Shown here: in pieces, positions 60,227-64,000 of the stretch
Layout of the letters: the number at the start of each line of letters is the position of its first letter
How positions within the stretch are numbered: the first letter of the stretch is position 1
Source: Cyanophora paradoxa CCMP329
Taxonomy: Eukaryota; Plantae; Glaucophyta
Direction of reading: 5' to 3'
Assembly (NCBI GenBank): GCA_004431415.1
Contig: QPMI01000432.1
Coordinates: 124,001 to 188,000 of the forward strand
DNA length: 64,000 nt
Made by a program: the position numbers and the translations under genes
Notes under the pieces: model-generated
What the model saw: only the letters and a program-made list of their open reading frames with translations
What the model was told of the DNA's origin: nothing
The model's database searches: none

Positions 60227-62595
60227 CTACTTGGCGGGCGGGTTGCGCTTGAGGCCCTTGGGGGCCTCGCGCTTGAACGGGATGAAGTCCTGGCCGTCGA
60301 GGTACGGCCGCAGGCGCTCGGGGACGACGATGCCCGTCTCCGTCTGATAGTTCTCCACGAGGCAGCACAGGAAGCGCTGCACGGCGCAGAGCGTCGCGTT
60401 GAGCATGTGCACGTACTCCTTCGCCGGCTGGTTCGCCTGCGCCCGCTCGTCCGCGTCAGCGAACGAGAGAAGAAGAAGAAGAAAGAGAAAGAAAGGAAGA
60501 GAAGGCGCGCCTTCTTGGTGGTGCCGAAGCGGATGTCGAGGTTGCGGGACTGGTAGTCCGTGCAGTTCGAGGCCGAGACGAGCTCCCGGAAGGCCCCCGA
60601 GGCCGGGAACCACGCCTGCTCGCGAGGGTTAGGCCAGGCCAGGCTAGGATAGGCTAGGCTAGGGTAGGCTAGGCTAGGCCAGGCTAGCGGCCTCCCTCAA
60701 GGCGGGGCGCGGCGGGCGGGGCGCGGCGGGCGGGGCGGGGCGGGTGGGGGTACGGCACCTCCAGGTCGTACTTCTTGGCGGCGGCGTTGTTGAGCGCGCC
60801 CGAGACGATGTTCACCACGCGGTACGGGATCCCAAGCTGCGCAATCCCCGCGTGAGGGGGCGGCGGAGAGAGGAGAAACGAAGGCGGGCGGGCGGGCGGA
60901 CCGACTGGTAGAAGTCCTCGGCGTTCTTGATCATCTCCTCGTGCATCTCCCACGACTTCTCGGGCGACGTGATCGCGAACTGCTCCAGCTTCTCGAACTG
61001 GTGGATGCGGAAGATGCCTGCCAGCAGGCAGTGAGCTCCGGAGAGGACTCTGGTGGCGCGCAGAGGCGCGGGGATCCGGCGCGCACCGAGGGTGTCCTGG
61101 CCGTGGCGGCCGACCTCCTTGCGGAAGCAGGTCGAGTAGCCCGAGTAGCGCATCGGGAGCTGCTCCGGCGCCAGCCACTCCTTCCGGTGGAACCCGCAGA
61201 TCGTCTGCGCCCCGCAGCCCACACCGATCAATTTCGAATTCGAATTCGATCGGATCAAATCTGACCTGCTCCGAGGTGGCGATGAGGTACTTGTCGTCAC
61301 CCTCGCCCGAGACCTGCCGCCCAAGGAGCGTGCGCGTCAGCGGGGCCGAACAACGCCCCGCTACCCCGTCTCCTTTCTTTTTAGAGCGTCAGCTGGTAGT
61401 GCATGAATAAGGTGATCGTCACTGGCATTCGGCGATCTTGGTGATGGGATGGAATCATCATCCGCCCTCTTTCCCTCTTCTTCTTTACGGGAGTTTCCGC
61501 CAGAACGCGAACGGGGCGCACCTTGTAGAGCTCCTCGTCGAACTGCTCGAGCTGCGCGACCTCCGCCATGATGTCCTTCTTCATGAAGTACGGCGTCTGC
61601 GCGCGCGCGCGTAAGCGAGCGAGCGGGCGGCCGCGCGAGGGGGCGAGCGTGCGCGAGGGCGTGCCTGCAGGGGGACGAAGCCGCGCTTGTTGAGGAAGTT
61701 GAGGCCGTAGTGGATGACCGCGAGCGCGAGCATGACGCCGGGGCCCTTCAGGTAGTACCCGCGGTTGCCCGCCACCGCCTGGCCTGCGACCCGCCGCTCG
61801 TCGCTCGCCACGGCGGAGCCGAGCCGCGCAGGAGGAGGCGAGCCCGCGCACCGCGCTCGTAGTCGACGGCGTCGAGCATCTGCATGATGGCGACATGATT
61901 CCAGAGGCCGTCCTTGGGCTTGAACTCGCCCCAGGTGCGCTCCACCTTGTTGTTGTCCTGCGCCCGCGTCGGGCGCCCCTCGGAGCAGCAGCGGGGCGGG
62001 CGCGCCGCACCTCATTGTCGGACACGGGCACGGACTCGTGCACAAGGTTTCCGATGATGTCGACCTTGGCGTCAACCGCCTTGCGGACCTCCTCCTCCGC
62101 CTCCTCCGCCTTCTTGATCTGCTCGTCGAGCGCCTTCGTCTCGGAGATGAGGTCGTCCGCGGGCTGGCCGGCCTGCACAGAAAGAAAACCAAAGTCAGGC
62201 GCGTGCTTTCGCACGGCACGCAGACCGCGGCTGCAGCGGCGGCGGACCTTCTTGCGCTCAGCGACCTGCTTGCTGATCTTTCCGAGCTCCTTGCGCAGGT
62301 TGTCAGCAACGAAGCGAGCTGCGCGAGAAGAAAGGACGCAATGAGACGACTGCACGCCAGTAAGAGCCGGGGCGTGGCCGCGCGCTCGTCCGGCCGCCAC
62401 ATGATCACGGATGGCGCGGCGCGGAGGCGAGCCGCGCGGCCCTCCGGCGCAGAGCTGCTCACCCTGGCGCCACTTCTGATCCAGCTCGATGACTTCGTCG
62501 ACGTGCTCGACCGGCTTGAAACGCCGGCGCTGCGACTCCCGAACGAGGTCGGGGTTGCCGCCCTTCTCTGGCCGGAAGAGGTTGATGTCGAGCAT
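60227..62595 (-). CDS. SARS1: Cytosolic seryl-tRNA synthetase, 11 exons
   Basis: [130 protein letters not shown]. Confidence 0.97.
60630..60687. repeat. Intronic degenerate (AGGCT/AGGCC) pentamer repeat
   Basis: taggccaggccaggctaggataggctaggctagggtaggctaggctaggccaggctag. Confidence 0.8.
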
Positions 62596-62728
62596 TCTTC
62601 CTGTGCGAAGAGAGGCTGCGCTCCTTCGACGAACCCGAACTGAGGGGGGATACCGGTTAACGACGAGTCTTGGCTTCCTGAGCTCCCCGAGCGCCTGCTC
62701 TCTTGAGATCGGCTGGAGTTCGCGTTCC
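62596..62728. promoter_or_regulatory. Inferred bidirectional promoter/5'UTR region (133 bp) between SerRS and SNRNP35
   Basis: Divergent start codons at 62595 (-) and 62729 (+). Confidence 0.55.
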
Positions 62729-63959
62729 ATGCTGCGCCGCGGCGAGCGGCTCGTCTACGACCCGCTGAAGGTGCGGCCGACGCCGCAGCGCGTCGCGCGC
62801 CCTCATCCGCCCGCACAGGCCGGCAGCATCGATGGCACGGACACAACGCCGCACGACCGCGCCATTGTGCGGGCGATGAACGTGTACTGTGAGTTCGGGC
62901 CGCCCGGCGACCTCGCGCAGCGAACTGAGCGCTGCCCCCGCCCGGCCTGCAGACGACCCGGCCCGGGACTCGAAGATAGAGGGCGACCCTTACAACACGC
63001 TCTTCGTCGCGCGGCTGGACCGGAGCGCGACGACGGAGGAGACGCTCCATGAGGCGTTCTCCAAGTTCGGGCCCATCAAGCGCATCAGGCTCGTCCGCCA
63101 CATCAGTGCGCTCCGCTGCGTTCGCACACACACACGTCGTTTCCTCGGCGCACAAATTTGCGGCGGCAGAGACGGGCGAGTCGCGTGGCTACGCGTTCGT
63201 CGAGTTCGAAAACGAGCGGGCTGCGCGCGCGGCGTACAGGGTGCGCGGGGCCCAGCGCCCCCCTCCCCCTCCCATTCTGAATTCAAAGCCGGCGCAGGAG
63301 GCGAATCGTATGGTCGTGGACGGGCGCCAGATCCTCGTCGACATCGAGCGCGAGCGCGTCAGCGACGGCTGGGTGCCCCGCCGCCTCGGTACCCCCCTGC
63401 CCCTCTACCCGCCCCCGCCCTCGGCTCTGCGTTCGGCGCCCGAGCGGTCGGCGCGCAGGGGGCGGCCTCGGGGGAAAGAAGGAGTCCGGGCAGCTCCGCT
63501 TCGGGGGGCGCGACAGGCCCTTCAAGACGCCCCTGTGCGCCCCGACCCGACGCCTGGGTACGCTTTTGACGAGGCTCCCCGCGCAGGCGGCCCCAGGCGC
63601 AGGCGGGCGCGCAGGGGCCGCGCCCCCCCGCCACGCCCTCTCGCGGCGGCGGGCGGGAGGATGGGTACGAGGATAGGAGGCGGGAGGGCGACGGTAGGCG
63701 GCGGGAGGGCGAGTTCAGGCGGCAGGAGGGCGACGGGGGGCGGAGGAGGGACGAGGAGGGGTACGGGAGGAGGAGAGAGGACGGCTGGCGGCACGGCGAC
63801 GACCGGAGGCGGCGGAGCCGGAGCCCCGGGGGGGACCGCCGGGGCGGGTACGAGGACCACGGGGGCAAGCGGGCCCGGGGGGAGGGGGACGGCTCGCAGA
63901 AGAGGGAGCGGCACGACGACCGCGACGGGGGCGGAGGCGGCGGCCGCGGGCCCCCGTAG
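62729..63959 (+). CDS. SNRNP35: U11/U12 snRNP 35-kDa protein (minor spliceosome)
   Basis: YDPLK|[44 protein letters not shown] (RNP1), [14 protein letters not shown]|[22 protein letters not shown] and an R/D/E/G tail. [13 protein letters not shown] and [17 protein letters not shown] distinguish it from U1-70K. Confidence 0.95.
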
Positions 63960-64000
63960 CCGGCCGGGCGTCGTCGGCCTGGGAGCCTTTCGTTTAGCTA

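Noticed and set aside
62729-63959. Annotation as U1-70K
   Set aside because: [13 protein letters not shown] and [18 protein letters not shown] are SNRNP35-specific, and the U1-70K N-terminal region is absent.
1-64000. Prokaryotic operon, defence system or alternative genetic code
   Set aside because: Spliceosomal introns occur throughout, and conserved proteins translate with the standard code using TAA, TAG and TGA as stops.

Overview
This is a gene-dense, intron-rich, GC-rich eukaryotic (protist/algal) nuclear window, not prokaryotic. The supplied ORF track is mostly artefactual because genes are split by ~55-150 nt introns, so I assembled gene models by hand from splice sites and protein motifs. 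In order: RPL11 (3' part), Deg/HtrA protease, a KRLRL-repeat protein, ADF/cofilin, a claudin-like 4-TM protein, a JASON-motif protein, an IQ-motif protein, a 1.37-kb tandem duplication, and a single-pass receptor-like kinase lacking its N-lobe. Next come BCAT, an EFCAB9-like EF-hand protein, an ALIX-like BRO1-V-PRR protein fused in frame to a TKL kinase and ending in CAQQ, a SMYD-like SET protein and an F-box-like protein. These are followed by a 9.7-kb nested tandem amplification (7 x 1.18 kb) of a hypothetical gene, a coiled-coil protein, a ubiquitin-like domain, a TmcB-like multi-TM/PAS/adenylyl cyclase, cytosolic SerRS and the minor-spliceosome protein SNRNP35. The best candidate for a new system is the ALIX-kinase-CaaX fusion, a kinase counterpart of animal HD-PTP. 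Other highlights are frequent GC-AG introns, microexons down to 5 nt, a CatSper-associated EFCAB9 homolog, and a templated-insertion junction in the array. The gene content and intron style suggest a flagellated alga, possibly a glaucophyte; this is inference only. Homopolymer indels suggest residual long-read errors, so the structural features need read-level confirmation. I found no rRNA, tRNA, CRISPR array or recognisable transposase.
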